In this document: piece after piece, positions 11,380 through 25,686 of the stretch | Numbering within the stretch: the first letter of the stretch is position 1 | Layout: each line of letters starts with the position of its first letter | Assembly (NCBI GenBank): GCA_951406725.2 | Contig: OX597837.1 | Coordinates: 41,974,001-42,038,000, forward strand | Direction of reading: 5' to 3' | From: Octopus vulgaris | Taxonomy: Eukaryota | Length of the DNA stretch: 64,000 nucleotides | Notes under the pieces: model-generated | The model's database searches: none | What the model was told of the DNA's origin: nothing | What the model saw: the letters and a program-made list of their open reading frames with translations, nothing else | Translations under genes and position numbers: made by a program

Positions 11380-12298
11380 GCATGGCTGTGTGGTTAGACA
11401 CTTGCTTTCAAACTACACGGTTCCGGGTTCAGTACCACTGCATGGTACCTTGGTTAAGTTTCTTCTACTGTAGTCTCTGACCAGCCAAAACTTTATGAGT
11501 GGATTTTGTAGACGGAAACTGAAAGAAACCCGTCGTGTGAGTGTGTGTGTGTATATATTTTTTTTTTTTAAAGACTCCGCCGGTTACGACGACGAGGGTC
11601 CCAGCTGATATGATCAATGGAACAGCTTGCTCGTGAAATTAACGTGCAAATGGCTGAGCATTCCACAGACACGTGTACCCTTAACGTAGTTCTCGGGGAT
11701 AATCAGCGTGACACAGAGAGTGACAAGGCTGACCCTTTGAAATACAAGTACAACTCATTTTTGCCAGCTGAGTGGACTGGAGCAACGTGAAATAAAGTGT
11801 CTTGCTCAAGGACACAACGCGTCGCCGGGAATCAAACTCACAACCTTACGATCATGAGCCGAATGCCCTAACCACTAAGCCATGTATATACAAACACACA
11901 CATATATATACACACACAGATAGATAGATAGATACATACATACATACATACATTCATACAGAGTGTAGTGAATAAACTGTGGTCAAAATTATGCAAAAAT
12001 GAAAATGACACTGACATCTCATTTTAACAGATATATTTACCAAAATTACCTAAAAATATCTTGAAATACTAAAGAGTGGCATGTTGCAGAGTCCCCCTAG
12101 CATTGCTTGAAAACTGATGCTGGTGTGTTTATGTCCCCGTCACGTAGCAGTTCAGCAAAAGAGACCGATAGAATAAGTACTGGGCTTACAAAGAATAAGT
12201 CCCGGGGTCGAGTTGCTCGATTAAAGGCAGTGCTCCAGCATGGCTGTAGTCAAATGATTGAAACAAATAAAAGAGTAAAAGAGTAAAAAGAGAGAGAG
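11380..12298 (+). mobile_element. SINE-A head (11380-11555) and tail (12093-12298) separated by insertions
   Basis: Both halves match SINE-A; intervening DNA starts at the central microsatellite. Confidence 0.7.
11572..11884 (-). mobile_element. tRNA-headed SINE, head H plus tail X
   Basis: Minus strand A box TGGCTTAGTGG and B box GAGTTTGATTCCC; head shared with 1-182, tail shared with 46407-46791. Confidence 0.85.
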
Positions 12299-13288
12299 TA
12301 TATACCAAAAGGTCATGTTTGGAGCGTCTTTGATGAATGATCTACTGGATCTGAGCTATCCTGAGGTTAAACAACATTTCACATCACCACGGTAACAAAC
12401 GAAATGACAGCAAATAGCTGACCCACCCACTGAGTTAAGGAAAAAAAAACAACAGGAAGAATCTCATTAGATGATGATGTCCTATACACACTGTGCCGAA
12501 GAAAAAGAAAATATATAGTCACAGCTGGAATGCCTTTTGTCATAAATGTGCTTAATCAGAGATGGCCTAGGGTTAAACAAAAACAACAAACAAACAAACT
12601 ACATATCAAAACAAAAACACTAAAATTAAAACCCCCATTGATCATTTGAACATAGATGGAGGAACGGAATATTCTCTGATAGCAGACAGCTTTGCACTCG
12701 CAAATCTAATCACCGGCAAAGATCAAAGAGACATCAATAACATCCAGAAATGGCCACATCACCTATTTTTTTTTTATTTTCTTATTTTTATTTTTATAGT
12801 CATTTTCCTTCTTATCTGATTCAGACGAATACAAAACACATGCACAACTAAACATCCAGTTCTGTACTCGACCACAATAATTCTGAGTTTCAGTCACCGC
12901 ACAACTGCAAATCTAGTTTCGTAGTTGTGCTGTGTGGTTAGCAAGCGTGCATGGCGACCGTACGGTTCCTGGTTCAATCTCACTGCAGGATACTTTTTGG
13001 GGCAAAATATCTTCCACTACAGCTTTGGGCGGACCAATGCCTTGGGAATGAAATTCTTTGTAGACAGAATCAACGCAGAAGTATATCGTCATTTAATATC
13101 CTTTTTTCCCCTATACTGGCATGAGTTGGATGGTTTGACAAAAACAGATACACCAGAGGCCCTTTACCAAGTCCTATGTCTTCTTTGGCATGGTTTCTAC
13201 AGCTGGATGCCCTCCCTAAAGGCAACCACTAAACAGAGTGACCCAAATGCTTTTTACATGGTACCAGCACCAGTAAGGTTACCAAATA

Positions 13289-13578
13289 CATCATCATCAT
13301 CATCGTTTAACGTCCGCTTTCCATGCTAGGCTGGGGATGGACGATTTTGACTGAGGGTTGGCGAGCCAGATGGCTGCACCAGGTTCCAATCGTGATCTGG
13401 CAGAGTTTCTACAGCTGGATGCCCTTCCTAATGCCAACCACTCCATGAGTGTAGTGGGTGCTTTTTATGTGCCAGCGGCATGGGGGCCAGGCAGGCGGTC
13501 CTGGCAATGACCTCGCTTGAATCTTTTTACATGTGCCACCGACACAAGTGCCAGTGAAGCGACATTGGTAACGATTAC
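13289..13578 (-). mobile_element. Element D (RTE-like (GAT)n tail)
   Basis: CATCATCGTTTAACGTCC...GGATGCCCTTCCTAA, reverse match to the 3' part of 16731-17297. Confidence 0.85.
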
Positions 13579-13601
13579 AACTGAGTGGGACGTAGACTGG
13601 G

Positions 13602-13740
13602 GACTTTGCCTTTCATCCTTTCAGGGTTGATAAGATTAAGTACCAGTTACGCACTGGGGTCGATGTAGTTGACTTAATCCCTTTGTCTGTCCTTGTTTGT
13701 CCCCACTGTGTTTAGCCCCTTGTGGGCAATAAAGAAATAA
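13602..13740 (+). mobile_element. SINE-C 3' part (Meta-domain-like)
   Basis: GACTTTGCCTTTCATCCTTTCAGGGTTGATAA...GTACCAG...GGGCAATAAAGAAATA. Confidence 0.85.
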
Positions 13741-14038
13741 GTTTTGCTCAAGCAAACAATGCATTACCCAGTCTAAGAAGCAAAACCACAATCTTATGGC
13801 CTTGGGTGCAACACCCTAACCCCGAAGCCACCTGAGCTGCCTTGACCTTGACCAAAACCACAATCTGTCCAGACTGCATCTGGAATGATATTTTTGTCAT
13901 GAAACTCTCTCAGCATGGATGACCTAGAGAAGGTAACCTTTGTCTTTATCATGTAAGTAGATATTTGGTTAATGGGGAAAGGCAAGCTGTTCCATTGGTT
14001 ACTGTACACACACACAAAAGTAAGTAAGTATGTATATA

Positions 14039-14073
<35 letters not shown>

Positions 14074-14074
14074 T

Positions 14075-14386
14075 GTGGACGCGCAATGGCCCAGTGGTTA
14101 GGGCAGTGGACTCGCAGTCGTACGATCGTGGTTTCGATTCCCAGACCGGGCGTTGTGAGTGTTTATTGTGCGAAAATACCTAAAGCTGCACGAGGCTCTG
14201 GCAGGGGGTGGTGGCGATCCCTGCTGTACTCTTTCGCCACAACTTTCTCTCACTCTTTCTACTGTTGGCCTGCTCGCTTAGCCAGCAGGGTGGCGTCATT
14301 TGAAGGCTAAAATAATGTGAAGCGCATTGTGACCAGCAATGTGTAGCAACATCTGATAGCCTGGTCAGTCACGGTGGTCACAGTGA
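14075..14386 (+). mobile_element. SINE-B (tRNA-Arg-like head) with alternative tail Z, in (TA)n
   Basis: A box TGGCCCAGTGG, B box GGTTTCGATTCCC; shares head and body with 46407 up to about CTCTCACTCTT, then an unrelated tail. Confidence 0.85.
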
Positions 14387-14697
14387 TATATATATATATA
14401 TATGTGTGTGCATAGTGAAGCTGTGAAGCTCAAATTCCCTCAGTACTTTCCATACACACACACACACACACTCTGCATATAACAATGTATAGCTCAGAAT
14501 GCTTTCAGTTATTGATCTCCTGGCTTAGCAGCAGTACATCATGTAAAGCATAGAAGGCAGCTGAGTTAATAATAGAAAAGAACGGTAAAAATAAAGGAAA
14601 TCTATAATAATAGAGATCGGACATGGCAGTGGTGGTGGTGGTGGTGGTGTGGGCAGTGCTGGGGGTGGGTGTGAGTGAGTGAAAACAAAATAGTAAG

Positions 14698-14731
<34 letters not shown>

Positions 14732-14863
14732 TATGTGTGGGGTATGCTAATTGTTTCACAACTAATTTCATACCCGCCAGTGTGTAATTCAAGATTAATT
14801 TTTCTGTCAATAGGAACTTCACAATAATCTATTATGCACATTCTATAAGTGTATGGAGGGTGT

Positions 14864-15396
<533 letters not shown>

Positions 15397-15837
15397 GCTA
15401 GATTAGTAAATAAATGGTGAAGGCTATTTCCTACGCCAGTTCATATACGCTACTCTTACGCGTCTCCGCTCACGCCATCCACCACCAATACCGTAGCTAA
15501 GTGGTAGAGTGCCAACTACCTGTACTCAATATCCATCATTATACAATTGTATATTTACTTCACAATCCATGCTTCATCAAACTGGCTCGACCGATCTATA
15601 ATCATTGTGTAATCTATACCATTGTATATACAACAACTCACCACCATATTTGTCACTAGTCTGTTCCGTTCGTGGCTGGACTCTTGACAACATCCGTTGA
15701 AGCACATTATCACCATCAACGTTTTTAATGGCAAGTCAACAAGGGAGTCGCCGAGTGGCCATCCAAGCAGCTAGAAACAGCGGCTACATTTCCATTAAAT
15801 TAAACCCAACTGTCTTTTTTATTGTTTATTGTTAATT

Positions 15838-16035
15838 ATCTTTTACTTGTTTCAGTCGTAGAACTGCGGCCATGCTGGAGCACCACTCGATAGATTTTAG
15901 TTGGCCAAATCAAGTGCGGTACTTATTTCTAAGTCTGGCACTTGTTCTATCTGCCTTTGGCCAAACTGCTAAGTTATGGAGACATAAACAAGCCAACATT
16001 GGTTGTCAACCAGTGGTAGGAACACACACACACAC
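15838..16035 (-). mobile_element. SINE-A 3' half; continuation GGCTTCTACACAGTTTCC near 16321
   Basis: TTTTACTTGTTTCAGTC...GGCCATGCTGGAGCACC. Confidence 0.75.
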
Positions 16036-16061
16036 ATATATTTGATACATACATATATATA

Positions 16062-16292
16062 TATTTCTTTATTGCCCACAAAGGGCTAAACACAGAGGGG
16101 ACAAGCAAGGACAGACAAACGGATTAAGTCGATTACATCGACCCCAGTGCGTAACTGGTACTTCATTTATTGACCCTGAAAGGATGAAAAGCAAAGTCGA
16201 CCTCGGCGGAATTTGAACTCAGAACGTAACGGCAGACGAAATACCGCAAAGCATTTCGCCCGGCCCGTTAATGCTTCTGCCAGCTCGCTGCC
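16062..16292 (-). mobile_element. SINE-C full length (Meta-domain-like)
   Basis: Minus strand GGCAGCGAGCTGGCAGAA...GAGTTCAAATTCCGCCGAGGTCGACTTTGC; near-identical to 32198-32428 and 60935-61165. Confidence 0.9.
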
Positions 16293-16730
16293 TTTACATA
16301 CATATATATACATATATATAGGCTTCTACACAGTTTCCCTTTACTAAGCTCTTTTTGAAGACCATTCACTTGACTTACAGAAGTGACTCAAAGGCCAAAA
16401 GCATTGGCACTCATCAAAATGCTTAGCTACTTGTTTGGTAAGTACCATGCATGAAGCACTCAGCCCTCAAGTCACTTTTTATAAGTTTCTGCCAATCAAA
16501 AATAATAAAAGAGCGTGTGGCTGTGTGGTAAGAAGTTTGCTTCCCAACCACATGGTTCCAGGTTCAGGTCCCACTGCATGGAACCTTGAGCAAACCTAGT
16601 GACTGAAACAAGAAAATGAGGGCATTGAGATTATATTCTCTTACGCCTAGAAAATGCAGCCACCCAATGATTTAACAGAATACACGCTTTGTGTTTGTGT
16701 GTCTGAGTTGCTTCTAATCTGTAGCTGTGA

Positions 16731-17395
<665 letters not shown>

Positions 17396-17756
17396 AAGCA
17401 CTTGTAGATCTATATATGTATATATATATACAAATATGTATGGAGAAGTGGAAGTGAAGCTCAGCTTTCAGAGACAATGTTTCTATGCATACAATATATA
17501 AATTAAAGACCGTCTTCTCAGATACCATGCACATCTTAGAATGATAAGTGCATCAGTTTAATGGACCTTCAGAAGTCTTGGGGCCGGGGAGGGGGAAATA
17601 GGTTTGGCGGTGGGGGTGAGGGGTTTGAGGAAGAGAATTCTTTTCACAACATGGATTAGTTTAAGCTTTTAACATCTTTCTATGAATTCGTATTCTTCCA
17701 CACTTAATCTCTACCACACATACAGGTGTGTTTGTATACACCATTTCTAATGTTAT

Positions 17757-17811
17757 ATACATACATACATATTATATATATATACACATATATATATATA
17801 TATATACACAC

Positions 17812-17864
<53 letters not shown>

Positions 17865-17927
17865 TACATATATATACATATATAAATATATATACATATA
17901 CATACATACATACATATATATACATAC

Positions 17928-17963
<36 letters not shown>

Positions 17964-18105
17964 ATACATATATATATACATATATATACATACATATATA
18001 TACATATATATACATACACATATACATACATACATACATATATATACATACATGCATACATATATATACATATATATACATACATATACACACACACACA
18101 CACAT

Positions 18106-18182
<77 letters not shown>
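17757..18182. repeat. TA/CA compound microsatellite
   Basis: Directly visible. Confidence 0.95.
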
Positions 18183-18183
<1 letters not shown>

Positions 18184-18784
18184 GCATTTGTCAGAAGATG
18201 CATGCAGTTTATGGAGTTTTCCAGATAAATATACTTGCGTCTTCATGTTAGGTGGGCTGTTAAATTCCTACACTTATAAACAAAAGGTTTGAGGCTTCTG
18301 TTCCAACCGAAATAGCTAAATGTGGAGGAAGTTGACATTTTGCGAATTCATTTGTTGATGCTAGCAAAAGAAGGACAAAAAAAAAAACCGAAAACAAAAC
18401 AAAGTGCCATCAAAATAATGATGATGATGATGATGATAGTTGTCATTGTCCAATCCATAACAGTATGGACAAACAGACAGAGAATGATGACAATGGTTTT
18501 GGTGATCATTGATGCGTCACTTGTTTCAAGTATTGGACTGCGACCATGCTGGTGCACCACCTTGAAGAGTTTAGTTGAGGAAAGCAACTCCAAAACATTC
18601 TTTCTTTTTTAAAGGCTGGTGCTAATTCTAATGACCCATTTTTGCTGAACTGGTAAGTTACAGGGATGTAAATAAACCAACACCAGCTGTAAAGCAGTGA
18701 CGATGACAACCATAAATACACACACACAGTCACAGAGTTCACGTGTGTGCTTCTTTTTCAGACAAATGAACTACAGATGATATA

Positions 18785-18831
<47 letters not shown>

Positions 18832-18847
18832 GCATATATATACACAC

Positions 18848-19106
18848 CAACGTCGCCTTACTGGCACCTGTGCCAGTGACATGTGTCAAAAGATTCGAGC
18901 GAGGTCATTGCCAGTACCGCCTGACTGGCCCCGTGCTGGTGGCATGTAAAAAGCATCCACTACACTCTCGGAGTGGTTGGCGTTAGGAAGGGCATCCAGC
19001 TGTAGAAACTCTGACAGATCAAGATTGGAGCCTGGTGCAGCCGTCTGGTTCGCCAGCCCTCAGTCAAAATCGTCCGACCCATGCTAGCATGGAAGGCGGA
19101 TGTTAA

Positions 19107-19137
<31 letters not shown>
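18848..19137 (+). mobile_element. Element D, 5' truncated, between SINE-A pieces (18519-18770 and 19153-19316, minus strand)
   Basis: GGCGTTAGGAAGGGCATCCAGCTGTAGAAAC and long (GAT)n tail. Confidence 0.85.
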
Positions 19138-19651
19138 CACACACACACATATACAACAGGCTTCTTTTAGTTTCCATCTACCAAATCTGCTCACAAGGCC
19201 TTGGTTGGTCCAAGGCTATAGTAGAAGACACTCGCCTGAGGTGCCACACAGTGGGATTGAACCCAGAACCATGTGGTTGGGAAGCAAACTTCTTACCGCA
19301 CAGCCACGCCTGCACTCACATATCTTCATTTAGTGAACAGACCTCAAATCAGTAGTAAAGTTTGCTACTTTACCATAATTAGTTCCCCTCCACCATGACC
19401 ACCTCATCTTCCCACCACACCATACGTGAACGAATGAAGCACTACTCACCTATTGCCAACTTAAAAGTACTACTGACCACGGTTTGTCTTGTGCATTTGA
19501 CATTTCAGAACGTACAATGCTTACCACGTTGAAGAGTCTCTCAGAGGCTTTTAAGTAAAAACGCATATTTCAATGGCGTGACAGCCTGATGACACTTCAT
19601 TTGGTGATTGTAATACAATGGCCATCTTAATTTGCTTTAGAGAAGATATAT

Positions 19652-19901
19652 TACACACACACACACACACACACATACACACACACAGACATATATACAC
19701 ATACATACACACACATATACACACACATACACATGTGCGCACACACACATACACACTTACACACACATACACATACACACACACTTACACACACATACAC
19801 ACACATACACACACACATACAGATACACACCCACTTACATACAGATACACACCCATACACACACACATACGCACGCACACACACACACACACACACACAC
19901 A
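19652..19901. repeat. (CA)-rich microsatellite
   Basis: Directly visible. Confidence 0.95.
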
Positions 19902-20443
19902 TCTCAGAGATTGAAGCTTTCTCTGATTACACGTGAAGCCAAATTGCAGGTCCATAGAAGTGGAGATACTTTCTGGCTAGCGCTGATTACTATAAATAAT
20001 CAAAATAGATCATTTACAAGAAAATGGTAATGCCATTCCTCGACAACTACTTACCATTTTAGCGGTAGTCGATTAGTCATTTATCATATCTGACAAAACT
20101 TAAATTTATGTTTAGTTCTTGTCATACATATGTTTGACCTTTCTGATACAACGGTTTCGGAGAATTTGCACAAAAATACAGACGAACGCGAAGACAGTTC
20201 ATTTAAGATTAGACAGACTGTTGGAAAGTAAGTGATTACGTCAGGTCAAGTGATACGAATGACAATAGGAAGAAGAAGAACAACAACAAGAACAACATCA
20301 ACGATTCACAGGATTCGGCAGTTCTTTAAATAAGAGGAAATGAGAATTTCAATGTGAATGAAATCGAGATCCAACTAAGAATACACCGATGATGATGATG
20401 ATGATAATAATAATAACAACAACAACAATAACAATAACAATAA

Positions 20444-20779
20444 TTACGGAGATGTACTTGCATAGCAAGTGGCCTGATCTGAGATCGTGTGCTTGAACGA
20501 AAACAATTGCGGCGTGGAAGGTTGTTTGTAAACCATTTAAGAAACACACAAAAGCCGTTCGATTCACTTCAACATTTTAGTTTAATTTGTCAAAATATTT
20601 TCGTCGCTTTAAGACCGCGACCTGTTCACTGACAAAAATCCGTGCTGCGTCTGTGTCAGTGAACAGGTCGCGGTCTTAAAGAGACGAAAACATTGACAAA
20701 TCAAACTTAAATGTTGAAGTGAATAGAATGGCTTTTGTGTGTTTCTTAAATGGCTTATAAACACCTTCCACACTGCAAT
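20444..20779. mobile_element. Foldback element FB copy 2 (palindrome 20506-20779) between AAT/AAC repeats
   Basis: ATTGCGGCGTGGAAGG...CCTTCCACACTGCAAT arms around spacer CCGTGCTGCG. Confidence 0.85.
20586..20636 (-). ncRNA. Type I hammerhead motif with G3-C8 swapped core (GUGAACA)
   Basis: Minus strand TTTGTCA-GTGAACA-G-GTCGC-GGTCTTAAA-GCGAC-GAAA-ATAT-TT-TGACAAA: 7-bp stem I, 5-bp stem II, palindromic stem III AATATT. Confidence 0.65.
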
Positions 20780-20951
20780 AATAATAATATTTAAATATAA
20801 ATATAATAATAATAATAACAACAACAACAACAACAACAATAATAATGATAATAATGACAGCACCAAAACCACAAAACATGTGCATACAACTCAGTAGTGC
20901 AGTGGAAGCATATAAAAAAATGACTACTGAATAATAATAATAATAATAATA

Positions 20952-21502
20952 TGCAGTTCCAGGCAGTGGCTCTCATGACTTCTGATCTTAACTGATTGGA
21001 AGTGTTATCATGTACATCGTTTTGTCTTAGTATAAAAGATGGGCTACAGTAAATATTCTGCTCAATACCACAGATTTGCTTGTCAGTTGTTTGACCTTAA
21101 CCAGTTGACCAATGTCCCTTAGTGACTGACGATATGTGCATCTCTGATCATGAGCAGAAGTAGTGGGGGAGCATCATAGCCATGTGTTGAGAGGGATTCT
21201 TTGGGGTTTGGATAATTCACCTCTGGAAACATGGGGTGGTTTTGTTCAATATCCTTAAATAATCCTTATTCAGGGATGTTTTGAGCGGGATGGGCTACTC
21301 AACCTGAAGAAAATTCTAACTGAGCCCCCACCTGCAAGGTCATGCGCTGTTTATCTTGATATGAGATCACCATGTTGTGCACACATGGTTGTGATGCATG
21401 TGCCTGGTGTACCCTTATCAGACGGGTAGTCATGAAGGGTATACTGGGCTTCGTATATTTTACCACAGTGTCACTTTGATGGCAAGCTCTGTTCTCTCAC
21501 TC
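20952..21502 (+). mobile_element. About 550-bp non-coding element inside (AAT)n, probably a non-autonomous non-LTR element
   Basis: Complex sequence bounded by (AAT)n on both sides with a long 3' (AAT)n; no ORF or TIR; class is inferred. Confidence 0.55.
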
Positions 21503-21553
<51 letters not shown>

Positions 21554-21953
21554 TATTATTATTATTATTTCTAATTTTGGCATGGTTAGTCAGTTGCATC
21601 AACACTAGTACATGACTGGTACTTATTTAATCAACTCCCGGAAGAACGAAAAGCTAAGTTGAACTCAGCAGGATTTTGAATGTTAAGTCTATGCGCTGAC
21701 GACTCTTAATTAATACTAATTATGATGATGATGGATTTCGTCATCTACCCAAATTGACAACAAAGGGACTACATTACAATATAATGCAATAACCAAGCAT
21801 GTAAAATTGGATTGACAAGTATAATAGTGGTGTGTGTGTGTGTGTGTGTGTATGCATGTAAAATAGTTGGATGACTAACATCTATGTTATTGTTATGCTT
21901 CGAGTACTTCTCCACCTATGAACACAAAACCAATATCAACAAACAAGAATGTA

Positions 21954-22004
<51 letters not shown>

Positions 22005-22005
<1 letters not shown>

Positions 22006-22221
22006 CTCTTTTACTCTTTTACTTGTTTCAGTCATTTGACTGCGGCCATGCTGGAGCACCGCCTTTTAGTCGTGCAACTCGACCCTGGGACTTATTCTTT
22101 GTAAGCCCAGTACTTATTCTATTGGTCTCTTTTTGCCAAACCGCTAAGTGACGGGGGACATAAACACACCAGCATCGGTTGTCAAGCAATGCTAGGGGGA
22201 CAAACACAGACACACAAACAT

Positions 22222-22272
<51 letters not shown>

Positions 22273-22428
22273 TACGACAGGCTTCTTTCAGTTTCCGTCT
22301 ACCAAATCCACTCACAAGGCATTGGTCGGGCCCGGGGCTATAGCAGAAGACACTTGCCCAAGATGCCACGCAGTGGGACTGAACCCGGAACCATGTGGTT
22401 GGTTAGCAAGCTACTTACCACACAGCCA
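22005..22428 (-). mobile_element. SINE-A, full length, young
   Basis: TACTCTTTTACTTGTTTCAGTCATTTGACTGCGGCC...TTACCACACAGCC. Confidence 0.92.
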
Positions 22429-23327
22429 TATATAGACACATACAGAAAAAGAGAGAAGGAAAGACAGAGAGAGTGTTTACGGTTCTGTTAAGGTAAGATC
22501 AAGAAAATGAAGTACTCCAAGTGAGAGATATCAGTCACTGTACACAGTACAAAGACACAAGCTGCTGATAGACTCTTGCTCTGAAGACGTGTGTCTAGGC
22601 AGGTTTTTATAACACACCTTGTGCTTTCAAGCAATCCACAGGCTCTGAGCACATGGTTTATTATGTTTGAAAATCAGGACACTAGTACATGAGAAATCAG
22701 AAGAAAAAATGAGAAGACAGATGCAAAAAGTGGAAGGGTGAATAAAAACAGAAAAAACCTAGTAGATGGAACTGAAAGAAACCTTTTACACACACATACA
22801 CACACACACACTCTTTTACTTGTTTCAGTCATTTGACTGAGGCCATGCACATAAATACATACATATATATATACACACACTCATACATGACATTAAAGCC
22901 ACATAAATCAGGCTGTGACTAAATACAAGAGCTGGTAAGTAAACACCAAATACACAGAGTTGAAATCCTGTTTGATTTTCGTTTTCAACGCTGAATGTTA
23001 GCCATTGCACATGCACACATACATTCACACAGAGTTGAAATGCTGTTTGATTTATTTTTCAGCATACAATTTTCATCATCCCACTACCAAGTATGACATC
23101 ACCTCTTCCTTCCTTCCTTCCTTATTCATAAACACAAGAGTATTATTATAGTAGATTATTTCAGTAACCATGGGAGCTATGAAAAAAATACAAAGCCCAG
23201 CAACACCAACAGATCACTATACATTTGTGTAATTTTTCACGCAATTCCACCCAACCATTTGACCGTAAATCCTAAGACAAGAAAATATACAAGAAAGAAT
23301 CGCCCATGTCAAATTTATATGTGTGTG

Positions 23328-23364
<37 letters not shown>

Positions 23365-24838
23365 CATACATATATATACATATATATACATACATATATA
23401 CATACAAATATATACACATAGATACACACACGTATACACATACATATATACATATACATACACACATACATATATACACACATACATACATATATACACA
23501 CATATACATACATACATACATATACATACACACATATACATACACACACACACATGTATATATACACATATCATCATCATCATTTAACATCCGTTGTCCA
23601 TGCTGGCATGGGTTGGATATATATAAGCACACACACATATATACAAAGATATACACACACACACACACATATATATATATAAAATGAAAATGGTTTAAGT
23701 CTTGAGACCAAAACAATAATTAAACATAAGTTTCTTCTGAGAGAACTATCTGATTAATTAAAGCATTATAACATTTTAATTAGTGCTGCTTGGTGCAATC
23801 GCATGCATAGAAACAATCAAGCCAGAGTAATAATGATGTATTTGAATAGCTAATTTCCAGAAAAGAACCACGTTCTAAAAACAAAACAGTAGCCATTAAT
23901 ACATTAGTGATACCGAGGGAGGAAAAGAAAAAAAATGAGTAGGAAAAAAAAAGAGGAAAAAAGGAGAGAGTGAGAAACAAAAAATGTAATAGCCCTTTAG
24001 AATACATTACCCCTACAAAAAGACAACAAATAGACAACAACAAGTACATTTATAGCAGTCTGAAGGTGAGAAATGTTTTTCTTTCAATAAAGAAAACTAA
24101 TAAAATATCTGTTACTGTAGGATTGTATAAATATATATACACAACAGATTGTGAATAATTTATAGCCATAAGAAAGAGTAATTGATCTCTCTCTTATCAA
24201 TAAAGCTGGCCAATACAAGAGGAGGAAGTGGTTGTTAGATTAGGGATAAGAAATGGAGGGAAGGAGAAAGAAAGTAGATCTTTATGGAAAAGAATAAGAA
24301 AGTCTGGGAAAAGTATACTGAATAGGAAGTGAGGAAAAAAAGGACCACAAAACATGGTTAATAAACTAATATATCTGCCCCCTCTAGGTTGGCAATCAGT
24401 TGAAAAATAAAAATAAAAAATAGAGGTGTTTCTTGTAGATGTACAAAAATAGTGAAGACCTGACTTTGGATAATGAAAACCAATAACATCTGGTCGCAAT
24501 TGCCCAGTCATGGTATGTACATAGAGATAATTTAAATCAACAAATATGGAATCCTGGACAAATAATTTACAAATCTGATAAGGCAACAGATGGTCTAGCA
24601 GCCACAAAAATGTCTTAGAACACCTGAGAATTTACAAAGGCCAACACAGATAAAGGTGTATAAAAGAACTTTAAAAAAATTGATAAATATACAAATAAAA
24701 AACAGTGTATACTGTTCAAAGTTAGAGATAAAACAGTGTGTAATTATTGATATTTAAGACATCCTAAATGAGGAGCCTCTACATGGCTGCTTAACTTGCT
24801 GTAAATAGCAGCTAAATCTCTCATGGTACATACCTTAA

Positions 24839-25059
24839 CCCTTTAGTCTTTGCATTATTCTGCCAAAATTAATCCTTTTTTATCCATATTGTTTTGAACT
24901 AATCATTCATTAATCTTGTAGTTTTGAGATTTTGATGAGGTAGCTGTTAATTTTTAAAACAATATTGTAGGGTTGGTGTGAGAGACCAGATCTGGCCAGT
25001 TTGACCAAAAACAGACAGGATACTTTCAGCCGGATATGGCCAGTTTAAATGCTAAAAGG
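24839..25059. mobile_element. piggyBac-type MITE with TTAA target duplication
   Basis: TTAA|CCCTTTAG...CTAAAAGG|TTAA (TTAA at 24835-24838 and 25060-25063). Confidence 0.7.
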
Positions 25060-25489
25060 TTAATATGATCCTGCAATACACTGTTTCAGTGTGGTGGGAG
25101 TAGGGCAGATAAAGACCAAGAGGATGGTCATGGCTGGAATATATTTGACCACAGGTCAGCTCAGTCCACTTAGCTGTAAACGAGTAGCCCTGTGACAGAC
25201 CAGCACCCCATTTGGCAGGGAGGAATTTTGTGATCTTGGTCACTTACACATCATAGAAACCAGGTTACTGGTCCTATGAGCCCTTGGACTCAAGACAGTA
25301 AAATAATATAATCTAAATGTATGGCAGAACAGACAAGAATCAAAAATCCTTCACTGTAAATGGAATGGTGCTTGTCATAATCCTTTCTGGCAAATTCTTC
25401 CACATATAATCATCTACATCTGATCAATCCAGTTTCCTTGAGCTTAAGGGATTTTTTTTTTAATCTTATACAAAAACAAAATCTAAGCA

Positions 25490-25686
25490 CCGTATTCGAT
25501 GGCATAAAAGATGCACATGCATATTAGATGCAACCCCCATTTCAGCAGTGCAGATTCAAGGAATAAATGTTTTTGGTGTATTAGAGCATGGAATAAAGTA
25601 ACTTCATATATATAGGCCCCAGGGTGGGTTTTTTTTTTTAGACATATTTTCAAAAAACTGTGCATCTTATATACCATCAAATATGA
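25490..25686. mobile_element. Tc1/mariner-pogo-like MITE
   Basis: Imperfect 27-bp TIR CCGTATTCGATGGCATAAAAGATGCAC / GTGCATCTTATATACCATCAAATATGA then TA; related ends near 31150-31195 and 48680-48724. Confidence 0.6.

Noticed and set aside
19580-19625. CTGATGA hammerhead-like box (also CTGAAGA near 22581 and CTGATGA near 34130)
   Set aside because: No properly placed GAAA, stem III or stem I.
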